Positions 1 through 9,822 of a DNA stretch of 64,000 bases are shown here, piece by piece. Every line of letters begins with the position of its first letter. Position 1 is the first letter of the stretch. A program made the translations under genes and the position numbers. Source of the stretch: Candidatus Poribacteria bacterium (GTDB lineage Bacteria; Poribacteria; WGA-4E; PCPOR2b); contig OZ220744.1 of assembly GCA_965116925.1 (NCBI GenBank), forward strand, positions 5,344,001 to 5,408,000, in the 5' to 3' direction. The notes beneath the pieces were generated by a model that was not told the DNA's origin, did not search any database, and was given only the letters and a program-made list of their open reading frames with translations.

Positions 1-297
1 CCAGAAGCCATCTGGGAGCCATTTAAAAATCCGAATCTCAACTTGGAAGTATGCTTTCCCGTCCGAATTGGTGACATCTTCGACTATCCCTATAGAGAGG
101 TCTGGCACACCCTCGAAGCGATGGTTGAACACATCGGCGCGGATCATCTACTTTGGGGAACAGATATGCCGTTCCAAAACCGTTTCTGCACATACCGCCA
201 GTCTCGCCACTGGATTGAGAGATACTGTAGTTTCCTAACCCCTGATGATTTGGCAATGATCATGGGCGGCACCGTCGCACGTATTCTTGGACTCTAA
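1..297 (+). CDS. amidohydrolase family protein (TIM barrel), C-terminal part; 5' end outside window
   Basis: Frame open from base 1 (PEAIWEPFKNPNL...); 'IGADHLLWGTDMP' and 'MIMGGTVARILGL' are typical Amidohydro_2 C-terminal motifs. Confidence 0.8.
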   Translation, partial: PEAIWEPFKNPNLNLEVCFPVRIGDIFDYPYREVWHTLEAMVEHIGADHLLWGTDMPFQNRFCTYRQSRHWIERYCSFLTPDDLAMIMGGTVARILGL

Positions 298-603
298 CGG
301 TTGAGATGGAGCTGCTATCACGAAGTTCGTGAACCCCCATACCGCCACGGCATTCATATCTGACCTTGGGAAACTGGTACGTTCAGATCCTAAACCTATA
401 CAACAGATCAAACGTTCATGAACGTGTATTCAGTGAAGTTCGCGACGAGGCAACGGGAGAACTCATGGGATGTGAAGTGAGTGACAAACCGCTTTTTCCG
501 ATTCTGCCGACATTAGGCGTGAGTGCAACATTTTAGGTAGGAAGTGATAACCATGCCCTAGTCGGATTGGTAATCGAGAAGGCTGTTAAAAAACGTATAA
601 TGC

Positions 604-633
604 TTGACATCTTTTTATTATTTTGATTATAAT
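604..633 (+). promoter_or_regulatory. sigma70-type promoter for the rhodanese gene
   Basis: TTGACA (604-609), 18 bp spacer, TATAAT (628-633). Confidence 0.6.
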
Positions 634-698
634 TTTCTAAGAAGCAGTACGCACCATTTTGAATTTATACTATATGATAATACGCAAGGAGAGAGCCG

Positions 699-1142
699 AT
701 GCTGAACAGTATCCAAAAAGCACTACAAGCACTCTTCAATAGGAACGCAACTCCCTCGGTTAAAGGTAGTGTGCCCCGAGCCGCACCCAGTGCCGAAGAA
801 GCAATCCTCCCTTTTAATCCTGCTGAACATGCAATTCAACCGCAGAGGCTCAAGCGGTTGATAGATAACGGTCACGATATTGTTTTATTAGATGTGCGTG
901 AAGCGTGGGAATATGAAATTGTTCATATTAAAGATGCAAAGCAGATTCCCCTCGGAGAGCTACCGCAACAAGCGTCTTTGCTGAATCCTTACGCCGAAAT
1001 CGTTGTATACTGCCATAAAGGAATGCGCAGTTTAGATGCCGCACATCTGCTACAACAACTTGGATTCAAGCGAGTCAAGAGTTTGGTCGGTGGTATCGAT
1101 CGATGGGCAAGGGAAATTGATACCGAACTGCAACGATATTAA
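699..1142 (+). CDS. rhodanese-like domain protein (similar to the MoeZ/MoeB C-terminal domain)
   Basis: LLDVRE..EY..HI, active-site loop YCHKGMRS, SLVGGIDRW; RBS AGGAGA. Confidence 0.88.
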   Translation: MLNSIQKALQALFNRNATPSVKGSVPRAAPSAEEAILPFNPAEHAIQPQRLKRLIDNGHDIVLLDVREAWEYEIVHIKDAKQIPLGELPQQASLLNPYAEIVVYCHKGMRSLDAAHLLQQLGFKRVKSLVGGIDRWAREIDTELQRY

Positions 1143-1241
1143 TCTCTCCGGATCTGCCTAATCAGAATAGAGATCGCCGTACCCAAATCAATCCATTCCT
1201 TGCGGGCGATATTCATTATTCGATCCCGTGATTTTCACGTT

Positions 1242-2081
1242 TTACGTGTTGATAGATTCTATCTTTTCACGCAAGAAAGCGACGCATCCCTCCACCTCCG
1301 CTTCGCTGAGTCCGTGAAGAATTATCGGCACATCGGGATCAACATCGTTAAGCAATGACAGGTATTGATCGTAATCTAAAAGCCCTTTTCCTGCGGCAAG
1401 ATGGCCCGCTTCGCCATCGCGGTCAAGGTCTTTCGCGTGTGCAAAAGCGATGTGTTCACCGAGCAACGCGAAGGCTTCATCAAGAATTTCACGCATACGC
1501 GGCAATTCCCCGGTATGAAAGATATTAGCACCATCCATAACTACTTTCAGATAGGGGGAACCGATCTGGTCAATGATGCGACGGGCTTTTATTGCAGAAT
1601 CAACCACATTGGCGACTTCCGGTTCAAAGGCAAGGGTGACTTGGTATTCCTCAGCGACTTCTATGGCTTGACGCATCGAAACTACTAGATCATCCCACGC
1701 CTCCGGCGTGTCATTGTCAGGGTGTCGTCGCCACATATTATCAGGGTCTCGTGTTCCTGTGCATAGCGTAATCGCTGACGTGCCTAGCTTGTCACAAGCC
1801 GATGCCAACACACGCAGATTACGTAATCCATCGGCGCGTCGCTGTAAATCGGGGTGAATCATGTTATAGGTGCCGCCAAGTGCGGTCATTGTTATGTTGC
1901 GCGCCCTCATTTCTTCACGGATTCTATCACACAACTCCGAATCAATATGCGTTGGTATTTTAGTCACACCGGCACTCGAAAGACCGAATTGCATACAACT
2001 AATACCATGGTTTGCAACGGCATTCAACTCTTCCTCCAACGTCGCACGGGCAAAGGTTCCAGACATAATTCCAATCTGCAT
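1242..2081 (-). CDS. sugar phosphate isomerase/epimerase (AP endonuclease 2 TIM barrel)
   Basis: LAFEPE, VMDGAN and HAKD metal-ligand motifs; GKGLLDY. Confidence 0.85.
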   Translation of the reverse strand: MQIGIMSGTFARATLEEELNAVANHGISCMQFGLSSAGVTKIPTHIDSELCDRIREEMRARNITMTALGGTYNMIHPDLQRRADGLRNLRVLASACDKLGTSAITLCTGTRDPDNMWRRHPDNDTPEAWDDLVVSMRQAIEVAEEYQVTLAFEPEVANVVDSAIKARRIIDQIGSPYLKVVMDGANIFHTGELPRMREILDEAFALLGEHIAFAHAKDLDRDGEAGHLAAGKGLLDYDQYLSLLNDVDPDVPIILHGLSEAEVEGCVAFLREKIESINT

Positions 2082-2273
2082 TCGTATCCCCTCCTCAACT
2101 CAGACCAATTCTCGATTTATACACGACAAATCTGCAAGTGAGCCACCACTATACCACCCCTTATACACTGGATCAAGTGAAAATTGATTCAATACCATGA
2201 CAGGGACAAACCGAACACATCACATAACAGACATCACTGATCTTATTTTCTGATTCTCCAACGTATCTTAATT

Positions 2274-3980
2274 ATGCACACATTATCAATCTTACTCAAG
2301 TCCGGTTGGCAGGGCTGGTTAAATAGTATTCAATACACCTCAGAGGAAAGACGGAAAAAGATCGCAGAGATTATCGGTTTTCTGGTGCTGATGACCGCAT
2401 TGTATCTGATAGGGCGCGCTCTCTTCAAAGTGGTGGGACAGCAGGCTGCTTTGAGTCCCGATGCAATTGGAGGCGACCTCCATGAACAAACCGTATTACA
2501 CGCGATCAACATTTGCGTGGGACTTGGCGTGTTTATTCTGGTAAAAGATGCAATAGAGAACACGGTCAAACAGTTTTACGAAGCTGGGGATACATCACTG
2601 CTTCTGTCGTCGCTATCTCCATCAACTGTTTTCGGATTTAAGTTAATCCAACTTATTGCATCAAATTTATCCAGCATGGCGATGTGGCTGCTCCCGCCGT
2701 GGATCGCATTTGGACAATTTTTCGGTCTACCGTGGCATTTCTACCTAGGACTCATCCCAGTCTGCTTCTGCTTACTTGTTATAATCGTAACAGATGTTGC
2801 GATTGTAATGATGTTCATTACGCGCTTTTTTTCTTCACAGCGAATGATACAGCTCTTAAAAATCGTTGGCGCGACCATTGGTGTGATTGCTGGATTTTTT
2901 CTCTCCGTCAGTTTCCTTGCATTCGAGTGGTCAGACGAGATTGCCAAATTTCTCCTAGACCGATCGAAACTTCCCACATCTGATTGGTATCCACATCTTT
3001 GGGCAGCGAAATTGATGATGAGCTGGCTTCCCGAATCGGGAAGCCAACCGTTACGATGGGGAATTCAACTGGTTATTGCGAGTGTAGCGATGCCGTTTTT
3101 AAGCGTACTATTGGCTTCCAAAATCTACCACCGGAGTTGGGAATATGCTAAGCATGTAGAGGTGAATCCAAGTCAGATTCGCAAAAAGCGGACAAGCATT
3201 GCTCTTCTTGGTCGGGGGAAAATCCGCTCAATGATGGCAAAGGATTTCCACGTTTTCCTCCGACACAAGGGACGGGTGACAATGATTATAATGCTAGCCC
3301 TCATCCAGTTGGTACTGATATTTACCATAACCTACCAAATACGGACCGATGGTAAAAGCGACTATGGGATTCATTTGCCGCTCCTAGGAGGGATAGCCGT
3401 TCAAATCATGATTTACAGCGTGATAGCGACAGCCGGACTCTCATGGGGAGGTTGTAAAGCGGAGGCAAAAACGTGGTGGTTGTTGAAATCAAGTTCGATT
3501 TCGCCTGTGTTGCTGTTTAACAGCAAATTTTTTATTGGGACACTCTGTGCAGTTGCTTACACAAAAGTATGGTTTTTTGTAGGATTAATTTTGTTGCGGA
3601 TACCCGTCCAGCTATGGATACCGATCCTATTGACAACCACAGTGATTACGGCAACAGCGACAGCGTTCAACACGGCAATGGGAACACTGCCTTGGGTTGC
3701 AGAAATTGGAGAAATACGGGGTTCCAGCAAGCGACCAACTCTCCGGCTTGCGACGCTTCTAGTTACAATCATTGCTAACCTAATACTGCTCAGTGTGCCC
3801 ATCATAATCTTGGAAATTGTTGTACTCGGCGAACTGGAACTCTTTGGTGGAAGACAGAGCGGCTCACTGTCCACCTTACAACAACTCACGATTGTAGTTA
3901 CACTGAGCATCCTTATCGGTGTGTGGGTAGTATCATATTTTCTCGGTAAGCGATTATTACGGAAACTGCTCTATAGATAG
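2274..3980 (+). CDS. putative ABC-2-type exporter permease, multi-pass membrane protein
   Basis: Many hydrophobic helices; internal two-fold repeat (LLLSSLSP..VFGFK / WLLKSSSISP..LFNSKF); KDF..FLR linker. Confidence 0.65.
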   Translation: MHTLSILLKSGWQGWLNSIQYTSEERRKKIAEIIGFLVLMTALYLIGRALFKVVGQQAALSPDAIGGDLHEQTVLHAINICVGLGVFILVKDAIENTVKQFYEAGDTSLLLSSLSPSTVFGFKLIQLIASNLSSMAMWLLPPWIAFGQFFGLPWHFYLGLIPVCFCLLVIIVTDVAIVMMFITRFFSSQRMIQLLKIVGATIGVIAGFFLSVSFLAFEWSDEIAKFLLDRSKLPTSDWYPHLWAAKLMMSWLPESGSQPLRWGIQLVIASVAMPFLSVLLASKIYHRSWEYAKHVEVNPSQIRKKRTSIALLGRGKIRSMMAKDFHVFLRHKGRVTMIIMLALIQLVLIFTITYQIRTDGKSDYGIHLPLLGGIAVQIMIYSVIATAGLSWGGCKAEAKTWWLLKSSSISPVLLFNSKFFIGTLCAVAYTKVWFFVGLILLRIPVQLWIPILLTTTVITATATAFNTAMGTLPWVAEIGEIRGSSKRPTLRLATLLVTIIANLILLSVPIIILEIVVLGELELFGGRQSGSLSTLQQLTIVVTLSILIGVWVVSYFLGKRLLRKLLYR

Positions 3981-4167
3981 CAGCCGAAGGCGGAATTGAA
4001 TTACACAAGTTATTGCATACTTGTATATCTCTCAAATTCTTGTTGAAATAGAACATGCAATATGCTAGAGTTTAGTCCACTCGATATCCATGCCCGTAAA
4101 CAGACGAAACTACGGGTAAGATGGCGGAAAATGAAAAAGATTGCACAAATCAAATTGGAGGAAATTG

Positions 4168-5223
4168 ATGGCAGCAAATGATAAAGTACGAGTCGCAGTT
4201 GTTGGTATGGGGATTGGCAAACCCAACGGGCGTGCCTTGTCAGCAAATCCGCGTGGACAGGTCATTGCGCTTTGTGATCTGTTAGAAGATCGCATGCGGG
4301 AATTTGCGAAGGATTTACCGGAAGAGGTCAAATTTTACACCGATTACAAACAGATGTGCAAAGATCCGGAAATCGATGCCGTCTTTGTCGGAACACCGAA
4401 TCAATGGCATGTTCCCGTTGCGTTGGAGGCTGTGCGAAATGGGAAGCATGTTATGGTGACCAAGCCACTCGCCGACTCAGAAACAGCAGCGAAGGAACTA
4501 GTCGCTGAAGCGGAAGCAGCAGGTGTCGTGAACATGATGTCACTTTCCACCCGCTTCGGGCGCGACTGCCAATATCTCGGAAACCTTCAACGACAGGGAT
4601 ATTTTGGGGAACTCTACTACGCAAGATCTCGCAGCGTCCGACGAAATGGGATTCCAACTTGGAGCCTCGGATTCATTCAGGAGGGCGGGGGTGCCTTTCG
4701 GGATATGGGGGTGCATGCCCTCGACGCTGTGTGGTGGGTGCTGGGTATGCCCAAACCCGTTGGCGTGTTAGGGACTGCCGGCGCAAAGTTTGGCCCTTAT
4801 GGACTGGGCTATTCTGGCAGTACGCCTCCACCTAAATCGTTCTATGAACAGTACGCATCGGACGACTATGGCGGTGGTTTTATCCGTTTTGAAGATGGCA
4901 CCGGTTTACAGATTGAAAGTTTCTGGGCATCGCACCAGCCGGGTGAGTTTCAGATGGAGTTGTTTGGTACAGAGGCAGGGGCTATACTCAATCCACTCAC
5001 ACTCTATCGCATGGAAGACGGTGCCACCCAAGACATCAACATTGACCCACCCCCAGGACTTGAGTCGTGGGATAACATCGCTGCACATTTTATTGACAGC
5101 ATCTTGGATGGCAAGCCGTGTGCAGCCCCACTCCGCCACGGACTTATCGTGCAACAGATGATGGAAGCCCTACTCCTGAGTGCAGAGACCGGGAAGGAAG
5201 TGCGACTTGAGATTGGCGAATAA
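4168..5223 (+). CDS. Gfo/Idh/MocA family oxidoreductase
   Basis: VVGMGIG, TPNQWH, GKHVMVTKP, GGGAFRDMGVH; ATG at 4168 follows GGAGG. Confidence 0.9.
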   Translation: MAANDKVRVAVVGMGIGKPNGRALSANPRGQVIALCDLLEDRMREFAKDLPEEVKFYTDYKQMCKDPEIDAVFVGTPNQWHVPVALEAVRNGKHVMVTKPLADSETAAKELVAEAEAAGVVNMMSLSTRFGRDCQYLGNLQRQGYFGELYYARSRSVRRNGIPTWSLGFIQEGGGAFRDMGVHALDAVWWVLGMPKPVGVLGTAGAKFGPYGLGYSGSTPPPKSFYEQYASDDYGGGFIRFEDGTGLQIESFWASHQPGEFQMELFGTEAGAILNPLTLYRMEDGATQDINIDPPPGLESWDNIAAHFIDSILDGKPCAAPLRHGLIVQQMMEALLLSAETGKEVRLEIGE

Positions 5224-5252
5224 TTTCCTCGCCTCCAACTCCAAATCCCCAT

Positions 5253-5282
5253 TTGCAAATTTCTATGGGATTGTGGTATAAT
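5253..5282 (+). promoter_or_regulatory. sigma70-type promoter with extended -10
   Basis: TTGCAA, 18 bp spacer, TGgTATAAT upstream of the ferredoxin fusion gene. Confidence 0.55.
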
Positions 5283-5350
5283 TGGAGTAATCAAATCTTC
5301 CAAAACCGTAGATAACTAAAAAGATTCAATGTGCCCGAGGAGAGATAGAA

Positions 5351-6586
5351 ATGGCTTATGTGATTGCCGAACCCTGCGTTGATGTCATGGATACGGCGTG
5401 TGTTGATGTGTGTCCGGTCGATTGTATCCATACGAAAGAAGGGGAAAAGCAGCTCTATATTAACCCCGCTGAATGTATTGATTGCGCCGCCTGCGAACCC
5501 GCTTGTCCGGTCACCGCAATTTTCATCCTTGACGATGTACCAGAGCAGTGGACCTCTTATGTTGAATTAAATGAAAAATTCTTTGAGGATTTTGTTAAAC
5601 CGACAAAAGCGGGGGCAGCAGAAGGAGAAGATGGCGCAGCCGCAGCGGATGAAGATAAGATTGGAATCGAAGAATTTGTACAAACCATTGAGTCTCCCAA
5701 GTCTTCGATTCGTCCCATATTCCGCCCGTTTGTTATGCTCTCCCAGCTTGTGCTAGGTGCCTTCGACGCAAAATTTAAGCGTGAACTTGAAGAGATGGCT
5801 CAGAACCCGATCATCTTCAGTGCACCAGTCTCAACAGGGATTAACAGCCTCATCAACCTAACACTTTATCCACTTGTGCTTTTCCTCCTTTTCTCCGGTG
5901 GAAATATAGGATCTGCCCTGTTCACCGGCAAAGGGAACTTTGCGATTTTCCTCGGCGTTATCTTGGCGGTACTTGAGGGTCTCTATCGATTTAGAGATGA
6001 TCTCGCTACAACGGATAGCGAAGAACCTTCTCGATATGGGGCTTCCATATACGGTTGGATCCCATCGTTGGTCGCTCGCCTATTGTTGCCAGCGTTGCGC
6101 CCGGTGCTTGTAGCCGAACCTACTTCCCCACGTTCAACCATGCCGGGTGCTGTCCTCACCGATGGACCTATTTATCAAGAAGATGTCCGTGAACGCTATC
6201 GCCGTTACGGGATGCTCAACCGGATGGAAGAGCAAGTAGACCGCTATATTATCGAAATTGAGTTCCCGCGCTGGGTGCCGGATTCTACATATAAGCGGAA
6301 GTACAATCTTCCAGATCGGATGCCGGATTACACATATCAGGTGGATCTTGGAGCGGGCACAGTTGAGGTAGAAACCAAGTTAGAGGATCCCCGGTTTACC
6401 GAAGTCGCAGGACGTATCAGCTCGTTCCCCCTCGGATTCAATAATGTGTTTCGCATTGAAGCGCAACCCGAAAACTTTCAGGCAATGCTGCGGGATAAGG
6501 TGCTGCAGATCATCGTTCCAAAATCAGGTAGGGTCGAAGATCTCGTGATTGACCGTCCGATCCACTATGCGAAGATTAAGGGATAG
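5351..6586 (+). CDS. 7Fe (FdxA-type) ferredoxin fused to transmembrane helices and a C-terminal Hsp20/alpha-crystallin-like domain
   Basis: N-term C-x7-C-x3-CP-x2-C and CIDCAACEPACP; hydrophobic central segments; C-term EQVDRYIIEIEFP...FNNVFRI...AMLRDKVLQIIVPK. Confidence 0.75.
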   Translation: MAYVIAEPCVDVMDTACVDVCPVDCIHTKEGEKQLYINPAECIDCAACEPACPVTAIFILDDVPEQWTSYVELNEKFFEDFVKPTKAGAAEGEDGAAAADEDKIGIEEFVQTIESPKSSIRPIFRPFVMLSQLVLGAFDAKFKRELEEMAQNPIIFSAPVSTGINSLINLTLYPLVLFLLFSGGNIGSALFTGKGNFAIFLGVILAVLEGLYRFRDDLATTDSEEPSRYGASIYGWIPSLVARLLLPALRPVLVAEPTSPRSTMPGAVLTDGPIYQEDVRERYRRYGMLNRMEEQVDRYIIEIEFPRWVPDSTYKRKYNLPDRMPDYTYQVDLGAGTVEVETKLEDPRFTEVAGRISSFPLGFNNVFRIEAQPENFQAMLRDKVLQIIVPKSGRVEDLVIDRPIHYAKIKG

Positions 6587-6605
6587 TTACTATAATTCTG
6601 AACTT

Positions 6606-6650
6606 AAAAAGCGGAATCTGGAGTATCCTCCGGGTTCCGCTTTTTTATTT
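6606..6650 (+). terminator. intrinsic terminator
   Basis: AAAAAGCGGAATCTGGAG-tatc-CTCCGGGTTCCGCTTTTTT hairpin with U-tract. Confidence 0.8.
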
Positions 6651-6675
6651 TCGATCATGTAAAGAAATTGTACAA

Positions 6676-6709
6676 AGAAACCGAGTTTTTTCGGGAAAAC
6701 TCGGTTTCT
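6676..6709. repeat. AGAAACCGAG-type REP-like palindrome, copy 1
   Basis: AGAAACCGAGTTTT...AAAACTCGGTTTCT; recurs at 32146, 42397 and 50963. Confidence 0.85.
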
Positions 6710-6740
6710 CTAAGCTGCTCTACACTTTCCAAAGTGCAAC

Positions 6741-8018
6741 ATGCCTACCCCCGACAAAATCCCTGAATGGGCAACAGCAGGATTCAACCACATCTGGCTA
6801 CCCTACACGCAGATGCAGACTGCACCGCTGCCACTGCCGGTTATCTCTGCCAGTGGCGTTCGACTGACCCTAGCCGATGGCAGGGAACTGATTGACGGTA
6901 TCGCGTCATGGTGGTGCGCCTGTCACGGATACCAACATCCCCATTTGGTAAAAGAGATCTCAAGCCAGCTTGATAGGTTATCCCACGTCATGTTTGCGGG
7001 ACTTGCCCATGAACCGGCTTATACACTTGCCCACCGTCTCGTGTCCATGGCACCAAAAGGATTAAGTCGTGTCTTCTTCTCCGACTCCGGTTCAGTAGCC
7101 GTTGAAGTAGCGATGAAAATGGCAGCACAGTTTTGGTCTAACCGAAAGGAACCGGACAAGCGCAAGTTTATCTGTTTCCAGAACGGTTATCACGGAGATA
7201 CCATGGGTGGTATGTCGCTCGCTGATCCCGATACGGGTATGCACCGAGTGTTAAATCATTACATGCCCGAACAGCACGTCTTCGACATCCCCAAAAACAG
7301 ATCTGATCTGGCTGCTTTTGTAGAATCGCTGCAGCGGATCAGAGAAACGGCGGCAGGGCTTGTGATCGAACCGCTGGTTCAGGCAGCAGGAGGAATGAAG
7401 TTCCATTCGCCCGAAATGCTCGCTGAAATCCATCAACTCTGCAAGAGGCACCGGATCCTTTTTATCGCCGATGAAATTGCCACCGGGTTCGGGCGCACCG
7501 GCAGCATGTTTGCCTGTGAGGAGGTCGGTATCACACCCGATATTATGTGTCTGGGCAAGGCTCTCACCGGTGGCATGGTAGGATTGGCTGCGACGTTAGC
7601 CACGGAGGAGGTATTTGAATCTTTCCTTTCGGACCGGCTAGAAACTGCGCTGATGCACGGTCCCACATTTATGGCGAATCCAATCGCATGTACAGCCGCC
7701 AATGCTTCGCTCGACCTGTTTGAAGGTGAACCCCGAATTGCACAAATCCAAGCAATTGAAACGCAGCTACAAGAGGAACTAAAACCGTGCCATAAACTGG
7801 AGAATGTCGTCGATGTGAGAGTGAAAGGAGCTATCGGGGTCGTTCAGTTGTCCAACGCGAGCGGAGGATATATACTTGCGCTCCGGGAGCGGTTTATAGA
7901 GGAGGGTGTGTGGCTTAGACCGTTTAGCAATGTTGTTTATATCATGCCCGCCTTTACAATCTCACCAACAGAATTAACGCGACTCACTGATGCAGTGTTT
8001 AAGATCTTAGCAGGATAG
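6741..8018 (+). CDS. bioA: adenosylmethionine-8-amino-7-oxononanoate aminotransferase
   Basis: HIWLPYTQM, DGIASWW, SDSGSVAVEVAMKMA, YHGDT, DEIATGFGRTG, GKALTGG, HGPTFMANP. Confidence 0.95.
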   Translation: MPTPDKIPEWATAGFNHIWLPYTQMQTAPLPLPVISASGVRLTLADGRELIDGIASWWCACHGYQHPHLVKEISSQLDRLSHVMFAGLAHEPAYTLAHRLVSMAPKGLSRVFFSDSGSVAVEVAMKMAAQFWSNRKEPDKRKFICFQNGYHGDTMGGMSLADPDTGMHRVLNHYMPEQHVFDIPKNRSDLAAFVESLQRIRETAAGLVIEPLVQAAGGMKFHSPEMLAEIHQLCKRHRILFIADEIATGFGRTGSMFACEEVGITPDIMCLGKALTGGMVGLAATLATEEVFESFLSDRLETALMHGPTFMANPIACTAANASLDLFEGEPRIAQIQAIETQLQEELKPCHKLENVVDVRVKGAIGVVQLSNASGGYILALRERFIEEGVWLRPFSNVVYIMPAFTISPTELTRLTDAVFKILAG

Positions 8019-8039
8019 TTACCGCTCCACCCCATCCTA

Positions 8040-9773
8040 CTATTCCTCATGAGACGAATCAGGGGAATCCACACTCAAATCATCGAAGAACAGATCGAAA
8101 TGCACAAGACATGCAGCGTCCGGCTGCTCGACGCCATAAGCACTCGCTGTAATCCCCAACTGCAACGCCGGATATTCCCGACGCAAATGGGCGGCAAACT
8201 GAAAAAGCCATCGATAAATCACGCTGATCGACTCAGCACGTGTATAATGCTGATGTCCCAGTGCATCGCAGCCTTTTAAGAGGCTGCCCGGTGCCCCCAA
8301 AATCGGGCGATCTAAGATGAGTAGGTCCGCTGCTGTTTCTTCGAGCAACGTTTTTACAGCCTGTGTGAGATAGTAACCGTAATCACTCAAAACACAATAA
8401 ACTACCGGGGCTGCTTCGTAAGTTGCGGACTGCTGCGCTTCCCTCTCGTCTTGTTCCTCTTCTCCATCCGCATCGTGACTTTTCAGCACTGCCTGCCACT
8501 TGAACACCGGCACCGGTGCCAATTGCCACTCCGGACGATCTAAAACCGATGTGTGAATCTCAGCAATCGGGAGACGGATCCCGAACTTACCCCCACCTTC
8601 ATGCGCCCGTTTACTTATCTGCTTTACTGTTTGTAGATCTTCGATGTCCCAGTCATAATCGAGGGCAATCCAATCTCCGGGGCGTATTGATTCTATTGAC
8701 ATCTCCCATTCATCTTCGAGTGCTATCCATCGAATTTCGGGGATTTGTAGCCTTGCATCTTTAGAATATGGTGGAACATACGCCAAGCCATTCTGATTAA
8801 TCTTTTCAATCGCAGCTTGGAGATCTCCTTCAACAAGCATCGTCCAGATTTTGGAGCTGTTTACAGACTGACCTGGCGGGACTCGGATTTCAGTCCCATT
8901 GATAGCCGTTGTCGGTCTTAAACCAATCGACACAGCCCCGCGATCTGAATAGACCGCGTAATATTTGAGGAGACCTGCGCTCTCATTCCCTAGCACCACA
9001 CTGCCATCAATGCTAGTATCACCTACCAGAATAAAAGCATCCGATGTACTCCCTTCCCAAGGCGTTGGCAGTGGCTCGTCTGCTATTCCCGAAATTCCAC
9101 CCCACCAGATTTGAAGGCTGTCTGCCTGCTCTACAAACAGAGGGAGAGACTCAATTACTATATCTTCCACAAAAAAGGCTGAATCCGTCAGATTCTGAAT
9201 CGTCAGCCACTTGCGAATCACCGGCAGGTCTGGATAAATCTCGTAGTGAACCCACAGATAAAAAGCCGGTTGTGTTTCTCCGTCAGAAGTGTATGTGAAT
9301 TGAACCGTCACCCGTTTGCTCCCGCCAACTTTCTGGACAATTCGATAATCGTTATAAGTCAGCAGGTTACTATCTCCAGAAAAGACTATCTCCCCGATCC
9401 GAAACCGAAATTCCTCACTCGGTCGATTGATATAGTTTTGCCCTGAAGGTTTGCCAGCATAGCGAATCGTCTGAACCGTGTGCCCTTCTTGATTCAAACG
9501 CAGCCAGCGTTCTATGGAATCATTCGCCATGTAAAGTATGCCAGCTTTTAGATCGAAACCGGCGTAGACACCCATTTTCTTCAATGGCTGCAGCTGCGCC
9601 CTCAGATCAGCAATCGAAACTGTACCCTGATCCCTATTACTGCTTCCGGCGCAGCCAATACAGATCAGAAAGATAGGTATGTAAAACAACTTTAGGTGGG
9701 AAATATGAGATGCGTGAAGTCTGAGGAAATGGAAATTTAGATGTGTCATGCCATTTTTACTCGGCATTGTCAA
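8040..9773 (-). CDS. putative lipoprotein with divergent GH36/alpha-galactosidase-like similarity; start uncertain
   Basis: Lipobox-like LICIGC; VHYEIYPDLPVIRKWLTIQN resembles the GH36 N-terminal beta-sandwich; degenerate TIM-barrel motifs. Confidence 0.5.
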   Translation of the reverse strand: MTMPSKNGMTHLNFHFLRLHASHISHLKLFYIPIFLICIGCAGSSNRDQGTVSIADLRAQLQPLKKMGVYAGFDLKAGILYMANDSIERWLRLNQEGHTVQTIRYAGKPSGQNYINRPSEEFRFRIGEIVFSGDSNLLTYNDYRIVQKVGGSKRVTVQFTYTSDGETQPAFYLWVHYEIYPDLPVIRKWLTIQNLTDSAFFVEDIVIESLPLFVEQADSLQIWWGGISGIADEPLPTPWEGSTSDAFILVGDTSIDGSVVLGNESAGLLKYYAVYSDRGAVSIGLRPTTAINGTEIRVPPGQSVNSSKIWTMLVEGDLQAAIEKINQNGLAYVPPYSKDARLQIPEIRWIALEDEWEMSIESIRPGDWIALDYDWDIEDLQTVKQISKRAHEGGGKFGIRLPIAEIHTSVLDRPEWQLAPVPVFKWQAVLKSHDADGEEEQDEREAQQSATYEAAPVVYCVLSDYGYYLTQAVKTLLEETAADLLILDRPILGAPGSLLKGCDALGHQHYTRAESISVIYRWLFQFAAHLRREYPALQLGITASAYGVEQPDAACLVHFDLFFDDLSVDSPDSSHEE

Positions 9774-9822
9774 AAGGGGGGACCATTCTTGATTGGTAAT
9801 GAGGTATTATCGTCCACACAGA

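Noticed and set aside
298..540. Possible gene remnant (AFISDLGKL / ILNLYNRSNVHERVFSEV, faintly PIN-like)
   Set aside because: Fragments lie in different frames with no start or RBS; similarity too weak to support a call
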